64,000 nt of DNA from positions 177,134,001-177,198,000 of the forward strand of contig NC_042998.1 of assembly GCF_006345805.1 (NCBI RefSeq), read 5' to 3'. This document shows, one piece after another, positions 50,581-63,918 of the stretch. Numbering within the stretch: position 1 is the first letter of the stretch; every line of letters starts with the position of its first letter. Source of the DNA: Octopus sinensis (lineage: Eukaryota). The position numbers and the translations under genes were made by a program. The notes below the pieces were generated by a model, which was not told the DNA's origin, made no database searches, and saw nothing but the letters and a program-made list of their open reading frames with translations.

Positions 50581-50994
50581 GGAGCGGCTATGTGGTAAGT
50601 AGCTTGTTTACCAACCACATGGTTCCGGGTTCAGTCCCACTGCGTGGCACCTTGGGCAAGTGTCTTCTGCTATAGCCCCGGGCCGACCAATGCCTTGTGA
50701 GTGGATTTGGTAGACGGAAACTGAAAGAAGCCTGTCGTATATATGTATATATATATATGTATGTGTGTGTGTATGTCTGTGTGTCTGTGTTTGTCCCCCT
50801 AGCATTGCTTGACAACAGATGCTGGTGTGTTTACGTCCCCGCCACTTAGCGGTTCGGCAAAAGAGAACGATAGAATAAGTACTGGGCTTACAAAGAATAA
50901 GTCCCGGGGTCGATTTGCTCGACTAAAGGCGGTGCTCCAGCATGGCCGCAGTCAAATGACTGAAACAAGTAAAAGAGTAAAAGAGTAAGAGAGT
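50581..50994 (+). mobile_element. SINE family A, full length, young
   Basis: Complete head, internal tract, body and (AAAGAGT) tail. Confidence 0.95.
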
Positions 50995-51932
50995 CATTTT
51001 GAAAAGACAGGGGGACTTTTTGGGAAGACTTCACGGGAAGATATGCAGACATCTGAGCTCAGAAAAACAGAAAACAATGAAAGGTATGCAGCAAAAACAA
51101 TCTGAAAAGTCTACATTTAAAAAGAGAAGTTTCTTTTTTTATCTCCATAATAAACTATTTTTATAAATACGGTTGGAGACGGGAAATATTGTACAGAAGG
51201 TTAACTAGTTGAAATATGTAACTTTAACATTATAACAAACATTAACAAATACAATAAGAGCAATAAACTACAGGTTAGCTAAAAGCTGATATCTCGCCAA
51301 ATAGACTGCCATCGGCCTTTTCTCGATAACAGTCGTTAGTTATTGCATATTAACGGCTAAATACTGCTGTCAACTGTTTGATTTTATGTGATACTGTTAA
51401 AAGCTGTTGGTACATCAAAGAGACATTAACAGCTGAGCATTGACGTACATAAATGTTTTCAGCTTTTCTAATAAATTTTAAGAAATTGCAAACAGACAAT
51501 TTGCTTACAATAAACGAATGTGTGAATTCGTTTTCGTGATTTTTATGACGTGCGACGCAGAGCTAGCTACAAATAGATATCAAACTGCGGGAAATGTTCG
51601 CCAAAGTCAGCAGCTGCAGGACAATATAATTGGTAAGTGTTTCATTAGCTTGCAGTAGTGAGTTCAATTTCTCCCCTAAGTGAATCTTGGAGAGTTTAGT
51701 GCACCGCCTGAAAGACTTTGACCGATGTAGATACATAACATGAAAACAGAGTCTTCAAGTGGTGTACACATTATTCATTGGTTTATAGCCTTCATAAACT
51801 CAGACATTCACACACATTCACACACGCGGTATATGTATGTTTGGGTTTATTGAGAACACATTAATAAAATCAATAGGTATTTCTACATCTCTAAGTTAAA
51901 CCTGGGAGAGATATGTGCAAGTGAGTTATATA

Positions 51933-52037
<105 letters not shown>

Positions 52038-52893
52038 GCAAATGAAAGAAAAACTATTTGATGCCGTATAGTTTATTAAATGTAATCGACTGAAAACAGC
52101 ACTAGCAACAACTGGCAGTTTCATCACACGAAATACTCTTCTTCAGGTCGCTATATTGAAATAAAGTTCAAAGCAAAGTGCAAGAGCAATATCAACAGAT
52201 GAAAGTCTTTCCTAGTTAGCAAGCACAAATCTCGTTTTGATATTATCTCATCACAAATATCAACTAGCATTAAATTGAAAGCTTTCTATTCTTAAGATGA
52301 TTAAAGTAACTTTCTCGTGACTAGAAGCTTTAAAAAAAAGCGGTAACTGGCATCCAAAAGGAAAATATAGGTATAAAATTACACAAAATAAAATTGCCGT
52401 AAAATTTGACAGACTTAATACAATACATGATTGTATTATGGATTCAGTATAGGGAATGAGTAGGAGAGGAGAAAAGTCAAAGCACTGACACAGCGAGAAG
52501 TTCTTCTGTACTCACTGTCGGTAGGTCGACTCAGAGTTTGAAATTCAGAAACGACACAAAACAGATTCAAATTGAAACAAGATTGTATGAAGTAATTACT
52601 GAATTAGCGCTTGTGCATTACTGACATGGCTCCATACGCACCCAATTCAGTCATATATCCTAGACATCAAATTCGGCTAATTTTAATGGTATAGATAATT
52701 TTAGTCTAGTGTCGTTCGGTATACAGATTATAGGATCCCTTCTATGTTCATAGTTGATAAATTTACTGCTTACTCTTTGAGCACGACTTCCTTCAGCCAG
52801 CCAGGCAAAAATATAAACCACAAAATTCAGGCAAATATAAAGGAAAATGTGTGTCTCTCTTCTCTGTAATTTATAAACTTTAGGCTGTATACT

Positions 52894-52999
52894 TTTATTC
52901 TATTACTTGTTTCAGTCATTTGACTGCGGCCATGCTTGAACACCGCCTCTAGTCGAGCAAATCGACCCCACGACTCATTACACACACACACACATATAT

Positions 53000-53073
<74 letters not shown>

Positions 53074-53236
53074 GACGGACTTCTTTCAGTTTCCGTCTAC
53101 CAAATCCACTCACAAGGCTTTGGTCGGCTCGAGGCTATAGAGGAAGATACTTGCCCGAGGTGCCACGCAGTGGGACTAAACCCGGAACCACGTGGTTGGC
53201 AAGCAAGCTACTTACCACACAGCCACTCCTGCGCCT
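52894..53236 (-). mobile_element. SINE family A with internal deletion of the 3' body
   Basis: Head ends at agccactcctgcgcct; the 3' tip joins directly to the internal (CA)(TA) tract. Confidence 0.92.
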
Positions 53237-53250
53237 TACAAAGCCATAAA

Positions 53251-53812
53251 TATATACACTAAACTAAAATTATCTATACATTAAAATTAACTGAAATTAA
53301 TGGGTGAGCTATGTGACTGATCTGGGCGCATACGGAGCCACGCAAGCATTGATGTCGTGTTCGATTCCCAGTGGTTCGCCCCATCTTTTTTCGGCCAATT
53401 TTAAATTTTAGTCGCTTGAAATGGAGTATATATTAAATAAATAATATATAATTATAGTTCTTATTAAAAAGGACCAATGTGTGTCGCACTTCTCCGTAAT
53501 TTACAATCTTTGAGGTTTGTTTACAAATTTATAGATATATACACTAGATTACAATTATCTATACACTAAAATTGGCTAAAATTGATGGGTGGGCTATGTG
53601 ACTGAATTGGGTGCGTACGGAGCCGTGTAAGCATTGATGTCGTGTTCAATTCCCAGTGGTTCTGTCCATCGTTTTTCGGTCAGTTGTTTAGGTTTGGTCG
53701 CTTTAAATAGAGCTTGTATTAGATAAATAATACATAATTATAGTTATTATTTAAAAGGACCTGTGTATGTCGCGCTACTCAGTAATTTACAACCTTTGGG
53801 TTTGTTTACAAA

Positions 53813-53820
<8 letters not shown>
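53251..53820 (+). repeat. Two tandem 285-bp units with a Pol III B-box-like motif; partial inverted third copy at 52624-52710
   Basis: tatatacact at 53251 and 53536; GTTCGATTCC at 53359 and GTTCAATTCC at 53644; tgactgaattgggtgcgta(c/t)ggagcc is shared with the minus strand of 52628-52653. Confidence 0.85.
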
Positions 53821-53889
<69 letters not shown>

Positions 53890-55399
53890 TTTACAGGACA
53901 GTCTCCAGTCCATGTTTACAGTCGCATAGATCTGATTGTAGTCTGAGCTTAGCATTTTGAAAGACAGATGTATATGTAAGATGTATAGATAGATACCCAT
54001 TCTTTAGCGACTTGTATGGGTAGTCATTGTAAGTAGACAAATGAGTGTAATCGTACGAGGGTATCGGAGAAATGTTTTTGGGTGTATAGCATTGCTTTTA
54101 AGTGAATCAAAAGTAAATATATCAAGATGATTTTGAAACCCGGTTAGTTCATTAAATAAGAGTTCTGTCCGTTAACCTGGAGTAATGCCTATAATATACT
54201 CTGTGATATTCTTCTGGAATATCTCCGAGTACAGCTGGATTTAAAGTCGGTAGAGTACTAAGCTCATATATTATTGATTCTTTCTAAGAGCACGTAATAT
54301 TAACCTTGAATATTATTATAATTTCCATTTGGCAGATTTACTCCTATATAGGCAAAATAACGCTCCGTAGATGTGACGAAGAAAATTAAATGATTAGGAG
54401 GGATGGGGATAAAGGATTTGAACAAGGAGCAAGAGAGAGAAAAGTGGGGAAAGAAAAAATAGAAAGCAGGGAAGAGATGGGCTGGATCGATATGTCGGGG
54501 AACATAAGGGAGTATAAAGTGAGAAGAGGAGATAGTTTAAAGATTCTGGAACATAAATATTGAGATTTCAGGATGTTACAAATGGCGGAGGCTATTGGGA
54601 GTGAAACCGCTTTGGAGTTCGAATGCATCCGAGACGACTATGTTTGAAAGCTTGCAAATTGGATTTCCTTATATGTAAGTCTTGTAGAGCTCAAAAAATA
54701 TTGTTGTACTCACATGTGATCATTGAGAAACTTTAATCAAATGAGACTGAACTGCCATTGGAACTAAAAGCCATCTTAAATATACATAATGTTCAAAGAA
54801 GCGAAAGAAAACCATGCATTGATATTAACAAATCAAAGACTTATTTACAACATACTGCATTCGCAATATTTAACTCTTCTACTAACAGTTTCTCATTTTG
54901 TCGCAGCACTTATATCTTCGGATGTCTCTGAAAAAAAGCTTTGTACTCCAGGTAGATCGAGTACACTACCTTAGACTCATTTCACTACAGGTTTGATCCT
55001 TTTGTCCTATTTGTTGATCCATGTCACTATTACAGGTATTTCTTATATGATCAATTATTACAGGTATTTCTTATATGATCAATCAAGCTAGCGAAGTTGC
55101 AGATGGCTTTTACAAAATTTGAATTGACCACTGCTAAAATGACGCCATCTCTACTTTTGCCGTCGTCCTCAATTATTTCAAGCGGTTCAAGATAAGAAAC
55201 GATTTGGTCCGTGTGTACCAAAATTCCTATTCCATTTCAGTGCTGTTTCCAGCTTGTCTCAAAGACTGTCACTCTGGCGTTGAATCATTTATTTAAGCAC
55301 ATTTTCAAATCCAAGTGAACATAAGCAAAAGTTACACGGATATGACGCTATGTCAAAGCAAGGTTTTCTTACCATTCTACATAAGGAATTGTGCGATAA

Positions 55400-57800
55400 T
55401 TGAGCAATTAGCCGTAATAAAAAAGTTTCGAACGTTTCTGTATATATAAAGAACGTCTTTAATTCCATTCTAATTGTTTGAACCGTTTATTTGCAATTTG
55501 TTTTGATTGAGGATAATATAACTGCGTTTGTCAGGAACACAGCCAATCAACTGTCGTAAGGACATAGATGATCGTCATGAAAATAATAACACATATTTTT
55601 ATGTTGGGCTCTTCCTTTCAAGAACACCAATAATATTTAGCCATCATGAAAAAGAATTAACTAGGACAAACTGCAATCTGATATCAATAAGATAGCTATG
55701 ATTTTTCAATACACAAGTCCAAGGATCTAAGTTCTTGAGCTATGAATGGAGTCTGTTACTCTTTTGAAAAATCGTTTATTTCTACACATTTAGATCATCT
55801 ATGTACGTATTCCTCGACTTCGTATGAATAGCTAGGCCACAAAGAATCAAGCTTCAGGTAATTCTATGTCACAATAGATATCGTATTCAACACTTGATCA
55901 TTTGTTTCTGTGATGCCTGAACGAAAAACTTAGATAACCATTGCAGGATATCGTTTTCCAGAGATAACCATCGATTTACATATTTATGAACTTTTGCAAC
56001 ACTGGAGTTATTATCACATATTTCCTTTTATTCTGGAAATGACTTCGCCCGGTATCGGACCAGGCTGTGCTTCCGAAGCTAGTCAATGAAGTATGAATTT
56101 ATGATCATCAACCTCATCATTGAATCCCATGTCCCTCGGTCATTATCTCAAAGTGAGAGCGCATCAATGCGAGGAATATTTCCTTTAACATATGTAATAT
56201 CAAAATCAAATACCATATGCTGGATGGTGTGTCTCAATATCTTCGAAGATGTAAATCTTAGAAGTTCTATTCACTGACTCTGTGATTGAATCTAAGTAAG
56301 AAATCTTTCATAAATATAGCCCTGGGTGGTTACTCGGCGATAAAAATACTGATAAATTCATTTGCACTTGTTGTCAATGTGACGCCCAAAAAATATTCTG
56401 CTAATGCACTTTTATAAATTCTCGAATGATTTTTGACGAACATTTTGTTCAGGTAAATTTAATATTCCCTTATGTGATTTCGTAACTAGTTCGACCCTTT
56501 TGAGAATCTTTTGATAAAGAAGAATGCGGAAGATTGTGCACTAACATGAGATAGTTGCCTCCATAGTATAAATCTGTTATTGGACGTACATTATGTTAGT
56601 TTTGTCTTGGACTTTCCCTTCTACTAGACTGACAGCCTTCATCGCAGCTAAGAAACTTAATCTACCCTTTAAAAAAAACTATTTAAACCATAGATAGGAC
56701 CCTGACAGGTCCTACCGTTCCGATTCAGAACGCACCTGGGAGTAACAGTAATTAAGGAGTGACTCCACGCTGCCCACAACTCCAGGTCTTCCGAAAGAGA
56801 GAATCACGACTAGATGTGGTTTAGTTAAAACTACATTAAAACTATTTTGGTAACTACCAGTCAAAAATATTTAACAGTCCTAAAATAATTCCAGTTTTCT
56901 TTTCAGAGGAAGTAGATACAACCTAATATGTTTTAAAGCTAATCATCGATATGGAAGAACGCCTTCCTTTAAAATGACATATCCTCAAAATAATAGTTTA
57001 TTGAATATACTTTTGTTTGAGATAATCTCTTGCCTGCATTTCTCCGTCGATCGAATAAATCTTGGTATTTTGGTTCACTTCTTCCTCGGTACTTATACCC
57101 AAACATATCCCGTCCTGGCAGTTTCTTTTTTAATACCATTCCCCAGCCCCGCAAAGTCTTCTCTCAAGTGCATTGAAAATGGTTTTGCAGTTTTTATGTC
57201 ATAAGATATTTGTGTCCATCTCAACAAACCGACAGGAAGGTGTATTGACAACCGCGATTCCTTTGTTATCATTATCTATTTGAATTTAATAATGGAAACA
57301 CCGATGATCGAATTTTACTAAATTTTCATTCCAGCTAACGAGTAAAAGGAAAATCCAACATATTAGACGATGGAAAAGAGTTCGAACAAATCATGTGATT
57401 AACACCAAATTTATAACCACCACAGATGTATGAATCTTTGTTTGGTTTTCATACAGCTCTAATGAAGCATGCCCATTTGCTGATGGTACATGCTCTAATA
57501 TACTTTATTCAATAAGTTTTCTAAATTTGATAACTACGAGTAGAGAAATATAATTTAAAAGCTGAGATCCAATATTTAATATTTTCTTTAAGTTTAATGC
57601 TGCCCTTAGAGTATTTTAGCAAACTGATATCTTCACCATCAGGTACCATAGTGTTGATTAATGTATTATTAATATTTAATTCGTCATTTCTAACAAGACC
57701 ACGACTTTTATCACAGTTCGCGATCACTACTGCTATAGTTTTATGCTGGATGCCTGTTTCTCGAATGCCTTGAAAAAAGATTATAATCGATGATTAATCA
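55400..57800 (-). mobile_element. Heavily decayed Ty3/Gypsy pol (RT, RNase H, integrase zinc finger)
   Basis: Minus-strand fragments in Gypsy order: LIE*SILEHV; YICGGYKFGVNHMICSNSFP (RICGDYK..VN); IQIDNDNKGIAVVNTP (QIELD...TINTP); QDGICLG (YQDD); RIFFGRH; MVFDFDITYVKGNIPRIDALS (RNase H end); WPSYSYEVEEYVHR*SKCVE (integrase CxxC region). No LTRs identified. Confidence 0.75.
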
Positions 57801-58501
57801 AGCTAGCGAAGTTGCAGATGGCTTTTACGAAATTTGAATTGACCAATGTGTCTCCAGGAATTTTTTGGGAATTAAGATAACCTGGCAACTGATACTCACT
57901 AGCATATCTAAACTGGTGTAATTCAGTTTAACTCGAAGATGGTTAGTTTCTTCGCCCTGTAGTGTAAATACATTAGTTTCAACATTAAAGCGTTTATCAT
58001 CCAATTTGTCCAACACGCTCTACACTTTTTCTTTTTCTCTGTAGACCGATAAAATTTTGTATGACACAACCTGAAAAGGTGGTCGACGAATGATATGATT
58101 CGAATTTGTGCTGGTTGATAATGAATTTGTTGAAAAATGTTTAAGATGGTTTGCAGCCATCACCAGAACAAAAAAGAACTGAGAGATAATAATGAGCATA
58201 ATGATCTTAAGAAGACACCAGATATATTTTTATCTATACAGAAGCTCTGTTGAAGGTCTCAGTAACGGTACATTCTGAAGTACTCAAAGAAATATTTCTG
58301 TGAAATACTGCAGATGATAATGGCTAATGTGAGATTTAAAAAGAATCTGGTCATTGCAGAACTAACCAGATTTATGTTTGTGTTAGAATTCGTCTGAACT
58401 CATTATGACGGGTCATACTGTGAGTTTGATACGCTTGGTCAAGGTGACCAAACTGTTGAAGAGGAGTTGAAGCAAATGAAAATCATTGAGAGTATGTATC
58501 A

Positions 58502-58895
58502 TCTATATATATAAAACTGTAGTTGTGTGAGTGTCTGTCCCCTTCGATTTAGATTCCTAACTACTCCCACATTTTGCGGTGCAGTTTAACCAAAAGCGGG
58601 TATCTTATAGTCGTGATTCATATCGATCCCTTCTGGGTATTAGCGCGCGTCTACGATGAGTCTACGATTTTAAAAATAATTTAACATCATTTTTTTCCAT
58701 TTTAACGCATATTTTTTAATAAAGGGAAGTAACTCTCTAAAAATGTCTACGATGAGTCATCGATTTTTTAAAAAAATTACCATAATTTTTTTTTCATTTT
58801 TAATGCATTTTTGCTACTTTTTGGCTATAACTCTCTAAAAATGCTTTATAGTTATTTCCCTTACAAACCCGAGCAACGCCGGGCGATACTGCTAG
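58502..58895 (+). mobile_element. Non-autonomous Helitron
   Basis: A|TCtatatatataaaac ... cccgagcaacgccggg hairpin, CTAG|T; internal ~95-bp repeat (gtctacgatgagtc...aactctctaaaaatg). Confidence 0.9.
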
Positions 58896-59196
58896 TAGTC
58901 AATAAATGAAAAATTTCGGAACAGCTGCAGTTGTACAGCTTCCTTTTGTTCTTTGCTTTCCATATGTTGGACTTTCCAAAACCCTGAACATTTCTCTTTA
59001 ACAAATAGAGGTTCATAACCTCAGGATTTTTATTAAGAATATTTCTTCTTTTTAGCTAGGTGATAAGTGTCCGCAACCCTTGGCTTTACTCCATCATAAT
59101 AAGTAATTGTTGCATGAAGTTCACTCGGGTATTGAATGACATAATATTCATATGCAGCCGTTCCAACATTCCTTATCTAAATAATAAGAGAACAAA

Positions 59197-59577
59197 GTGG
59201 AGGCGCAATGGCCCAGTGGTTAGGGCAGCGGACTCGCGGTCATAGGATCGCGGTTTCGATTACCAGACCGGGCGTTGTGAGTGTTTATTGAGCGAAAACA
59301 CCTAAAAGCTCCACGAGGCTCCGGCCGGGGATGGTGGTGATCCCAGCTGTACTCTTTCACCACAACTTTCTCTCACTCTTACTTCCTGTTTCTGTTGTAC
59401 CTGTATTTCAAGGGGCCGGCCTTGTCACTCTCTGTGTCACACTGAATATCACCGAGAACTACGTGTCGGTGGAGTGCTCAACCACTTACACGTTAATTTC
59501 ACGAGCAGGCTGTTCCGTTGATTCGGATCAACCGGAACCCTCATCGTCGTAACCGACGGAGTGCTTCATCAAAAAAA
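59197..59577 (+). mobile_element. tRNA-derived SINE sharing the family C 3' half but with a different head/middle; 14-bp TSD
   Basis: A box tggcccagtggtt, B box ggtttcgattacc; 3' half aligns to 38010-38186; TSD aataagagaacaaa at 59183-59196 and 59578-59591. Confidence 0.9.
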
Positions 59578-59864
59578 AATAAGAGAACAAAAAAATGATT
59601 GCTAGAGAACTCAGGAAGTAGGTTTTCTTTAGGTATGTTATATTGAAGACACAGCCTGGATGTACTACAAGTCAGAGGATTGATCAGTTGCGAAGGAGTC
59701 CTTGTCTCCTCGGGACTGCATTGACATCTAAATTCATCAGTGAAAGAATCGTACTTGTTACCAAGCTATAAACGTCCGCTGGTGACGGCTGGGTCTCTTT
59801 ATATGTTTTTGTCAAAGAATAGGCGCACGCTTGTGTGTATATGTGCATGCTTATGTATGCGTAT

Positions 59865-59933
<69 letters not shown>

Positions 59934-60138
59934 GTGTATGTGTGTGTGTGCGTGCGTGCGTGTGTGTGTGTGCGTGATTGTTAGTAGTTATTTTTTCCGT
60001 CTAAATTTAGTATCACGATGAGTGTTTTTTGCCCTTACCTATACGCCTAACCTTCCAGACCATTCATCTTTGTACTTTTGTTTCTACGAACTTTAATCCA
60101 GAATATGACCAACAAGATATATTTATATCTTTCCTGGG

Positions 60139-60172
<34 letters not shown>

Positions 60173-60254
60173 GAGAATATATATATATATAAAATAAGTT
60201 CTTTGAAAAAATATAAAGACAAATATATTCTAGATACACTCTAATGTAAATGGA

Positions 60255-60545
60255 TATGTGTGTGCGTATGTGTATGTGTGTGTGTGAGTGCAAGTGTGTG
60301 TGCATGTGTGTGTGTGTGTGCGCGTGTGTGTGTATTTGTATGTTTATATATATATGTGTATGTATATATTTGTGCGTATATGTACATGTCAGTTGTATGT
60401 ATGCTTGTATGTATGTATAACGGAAAATGTATTTTAAGTGCACTGTAAATTGGTGATGCGTGTAAGTGTATGAGCGTGTGTGTCTGTATGTGTATGGGTG
60501 TGTGTAGGTGTGTAGATGTGTGTGTGTGTGTATGTGTGCATTAGC
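60255..60545. repeat. (GT)/(GTAT) degenerate microsatellite
   Basis: Directly visible. Confidence 0.9.
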
Positions 60546-60743
60546 GGTTACCATTATACAGCACCAACAAAATATATCCCTATTTTATTTTACCCTCTGA
60601 CACTAGACATTTCTGCACGACTGAGCAGGCAACATCTTCACCGCCCTCAGATTCCGCTTCATATGACTGCGTCTTTGAAACTAACTGAAGAAGTCAAGCG
60701 ACCGGTTGCATTTGATGCTGTGTGACTTGACCTAAAGGTCATT

Positions 60744-60806
<63 letters not shown>

Positions 60807-60985
60807 TATTCTCTCTCTCCGAGTGAGTGCGTGTGTGTGTGTGTGGTGTGTGTGTTAACATTAGTATGGGTTACTTAATTCATAGTATTCATTTGCTCAT
60901 GTTTATATATTCGTATACGTCTGTTTTTAATGTTGAGTTTTTTTTTTTCCAAATTTGTTTCTCTCTCTCGCTCTCTCCCTTCACC

Positions 60986-61016
<31 letters not shown>

Positions 61017-61360
61017 TTGTCCTTCTTTCATTCTTTAAAAAAATTCGTTAAAAAAACGCTGGGGCAGCTAGACAGCATTTTGTTTTACTCTTGTTTAAAT
61101 AAATTTTGAATTTTTTCTCTTGACTGTAATTTCATGATTAATCATGCAAGTATGTTTTAGTGCAAGATAACCACAGGAGTAACAACTGATACGTAAAAGA
61201 AAACACCATTACAATGCAATGAATTCTGGCAGAAAAAAAAATACATTTAAAAACTCTGCTTCTATTCGTTATAAACCTAACACGATGAGGAAGGTTCGGT
61301 GGACGAACTGAGAGTTGTGATTGCCCAGAATGTAGCACAACTTCGCTGCCAAAGTTCACA

Positions 61361-61507
61361 GGCGCAGACATGGCTGTGTAGTTAAGAGTTTAAGCAGCTA
61401 CGTAATTTTAGGTTCAAGTTTCACTACATGTCATCTTGTGTGAGTGCCTTATAATATAGTCCCGTGCCGACCAATGCCTTGTGAATCGAAATATTAGGCG
61501 GAAACTG
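61361..61507 (+). mobile_element. SINE family A, old 5' half
   Basis: ggcgcagacatggctgtgtagttaag...ggttcaagt...ccgaccaatgccttgtga...ggcggaaactg. Confidence 0.7.
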
Positions 61508-61571
61508 TCCAGAATTAAATCACACACATACACACACACACATCACACATGTATATATATATATATATATA

Positions 61572-61730
61572 TTTGATTCGTTTTAGTCATTTGACTGCGG
61601 CTTTTAGTCGAGCAAATCGACCCCTAGTACTTATTTTAATGGTCTTTTTTGCCGAACCACTAAATTATACACCAGCATCGGTTGTAAAGTGATGCTGGGG
61701 GACAAACACAAACTCAAACACACACACACA

Positions 61731-61782
<52 letters not shown>

Positions 61783-61910
61783 CACGACGGGCTTCTTTCA
61801 GTTTCCCTCTACCAAATCCACTCACAAGGCTTTGGTCGGCCCGAGGCTGTAGCAGAAGACACTTTCCCAAGGTGCCACGCAAGCTACTTACCACACAGCC
61901 ACTCCTGCAC
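61572..61910 (-). mobile_element. SINE family A with several internal deletions
   Basis: Reverse complement of head (agctacttaccacacagccactcct), body and 3' tip. Confidence 0.88.
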
Positions 61911-61976
61911 ATATATATATATATGTATATATATATGTGCAGGAGTGGCTGCATATATATATATATATATATATAT

Positions 61977-62046
<70 letters not shown>

Positions 62047-62048
<2 letters not shown>

Positions 62049-62235
62049 CGCTTTATTAAAGCTGCAAAATTATCAGAAAAACTGTTACACGATTCACGTT
62101 CCCGTCTGACGACGGGAACGTGAATCGAGTAACGAGAACGTGTAACTCGGAGCAACAGATAAAAGCATATTATTCTACCTTTGGTATTCGAGTACTAGAT
62201 TTTTCTGCCTTGTTTTGCACATAAGTGCTCATCTC
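62047..62235. mobile_element. Inverted junction of Penelope-like pLTR fragments with a 16-bp perfect hairpin
   Basis: gattcacgttcccgtc-tgac-gacgggaacgtgaatc (62091-62126) contains CTGACG-acg/ggaa/cgt-GAA, a hammerhead core short by single bases. Confidence 0.5.
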
Positions 62236-62250
62236 TGTGTGTTTGCATGA

Positions 62251-62297
<47 letters not shown>

Positions 62298-62319
62298 TGT
62301 GTGTGTTTGTGTGTGTGTA

Positions 62320-62495
62320 TTTACTTGTTTCAGTCATTTGACAGTGAGTATGCTGGAGCACTGCCTTTAGTCGAAGAAATCGACCCCCAGATCTTATTAT
62401 TTGTAAGCCTGGTACTTATTCTATCGGTACCTTTTGCCGAACAGCTAAGTTACTGGGACATAAACACACCAACATCGGTTATCACGTGATGGTGG
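62320..62495 (-). mobile_element. SINE family A, 3' half
   Basis: ttacttgtttcagtcatttg...tgctggagcac...ttgtaagcctggtacttattctatcgg...acatcggtt. Confidence 0.88.
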
Positions 62496-63185
62496 AGTGT
62501 CATGGGTCAAAGACATTTTCAACTTCTTGCCTAATGCGGGCCCAGAGGCAGGTAAACCGCATTTTTTTAAAGCAATTTAAGAGTATCCAGTCGCCTTTTT
62601 CCAAATTTGCAACAAACATTAATCAGGCTCCTAGAATTGCTGTTGACTAAAAAAAATTTCCGATGCCGACTCTGGACCCCACCAAAATGCATATTAATCA
62701 GATTTGAGTATACTGCACTGGGTTTTATCTTTGTTTTGGGCCACTTTCCGACGGTAAAATATTGACACTACTTCTGCATTATAAGTTTTTGTTCAATTTG
62801 GCAGAGGAAATGAGGAGAAAATTAAATTTTTTTGTCAGCTCCCTGTTGATGCTTCATGTTACCATCCTGAGCACCATCATGTACGTGTGTGTGCGGCTGA
62901 GTAAAGGCACAAGAAACATATTCATCCATTCTTCAGAAGTGCCCTGTTGATGTTTCACGATTCCAATCCTGCACAATGCAGCATGGCCTGGCAGCATGTC
63001 TGCTTTCTATGTCATTCATGTCTGAACTATACAATGCAAAATGTTCATACAAAAAAACAAACTGTTGTTGTGACTCACAGCCATTTGTGCTTGACTGTGT
63101 GACCACTTCCGGAAGCTACGCTCGCCATCTGCAATTACTCCTCACCCCCTGTGTTCCCTTCCCCGTTTAGTCGGACTAGTAAAAA

Positions 63186-63665
63186 CAGGGTGTCCCAGAA
63201 TTAATGACGATTTTAGTGAAATCGGATGCATTTTTTTCAAAACTCACTTTTATTTATATTTATCATGTTTAATATATGTTAATAATCTATAGATTTTGAA
63301 TTTCGTTTATAATTTTATTTTCATTTCTGTTAAACCCCTCTTATTTATCAATTACAGCTTTTTTCAATTTGGTAGCAATCATTTCCTTTACCTCCATCCC
63401 CAGGATGGAGTAACCGTTTAGCTGAGCTTAGAGAACACACTCACTTAGCAGTGCAGGAGCTAACTCCTGAAATGCTTAAAAATGTGTTTCACAATGCTAA
63501 GGAGAGATTTGAAGTATGCAAGGATACAGACATGTTGAAAATTTTCAATAAAAATTTGAAGTAAGATTTATAAATGTATTTGTTTTGGTAATAAACATAA
63601 AATTCTGTCAGTTTTTGAAAAAATTTGCTCAATTTCATTGAAACAGATAATTCTGGAACGCCCTG
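63186..63665 (+). mobile_element. Non-autonomous Tc1/mariner-superfamily element
   Basis: TIRs cagggtgtcccagaatta / taattctggaacgccctg with TA on the right flank; remnant LAELREHTHLAVQELTPEMLKNVFHNAKERFEVCKD resembles a transposase C-terminus. Confidence 0.8.
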
Positions 63666-63798
63666 TATGGTGTAGCGTTGTTGTTGCATTGCTTGAGTGA
63701 ATATTAAAATCAAAGGCTTTCTCGCCGTAAACATCCCATCTTTTTGTTAAGCATATTGTATCAAGGAGTATATTATCCAAGATGTATCTATTCTTTAT

Positions 63799-63918
63799 AG
63801 GCGTGGCTGTGCGGTTGAGAAGCTTGCTTTCCAACCATGTCGCCATGGGTTCAGTCCCACTGTGCGGCACGTTGGGCACTCTTTCACTACAGCTCCGTGC
63901 CGACCAAAGCCTTGTGTA
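63799..63918 (+). mobile_element. SINE family A head
   Basis: ggcgtggctgtgcggttgagaagcttgctttccaacca...ggttcagtcccactg...ccgaccaaagccttgtg. Confidence 0.82.

Noticed and set aside
51540-51640. Possible plus-strand first exon ending at TG|GTAAGT
   Set aside because: A single donor match with no open frame or supportable promoter evidence.
54200-54283. 84-nt AG/GT-bounded open frame (KESIIYELSTLPTLNPAVLGDIPEEYHR)
   Set aside because: Weak acceptor, lies beyond the scaffold gap and cannot be linked to the other candidates; expected by chance.
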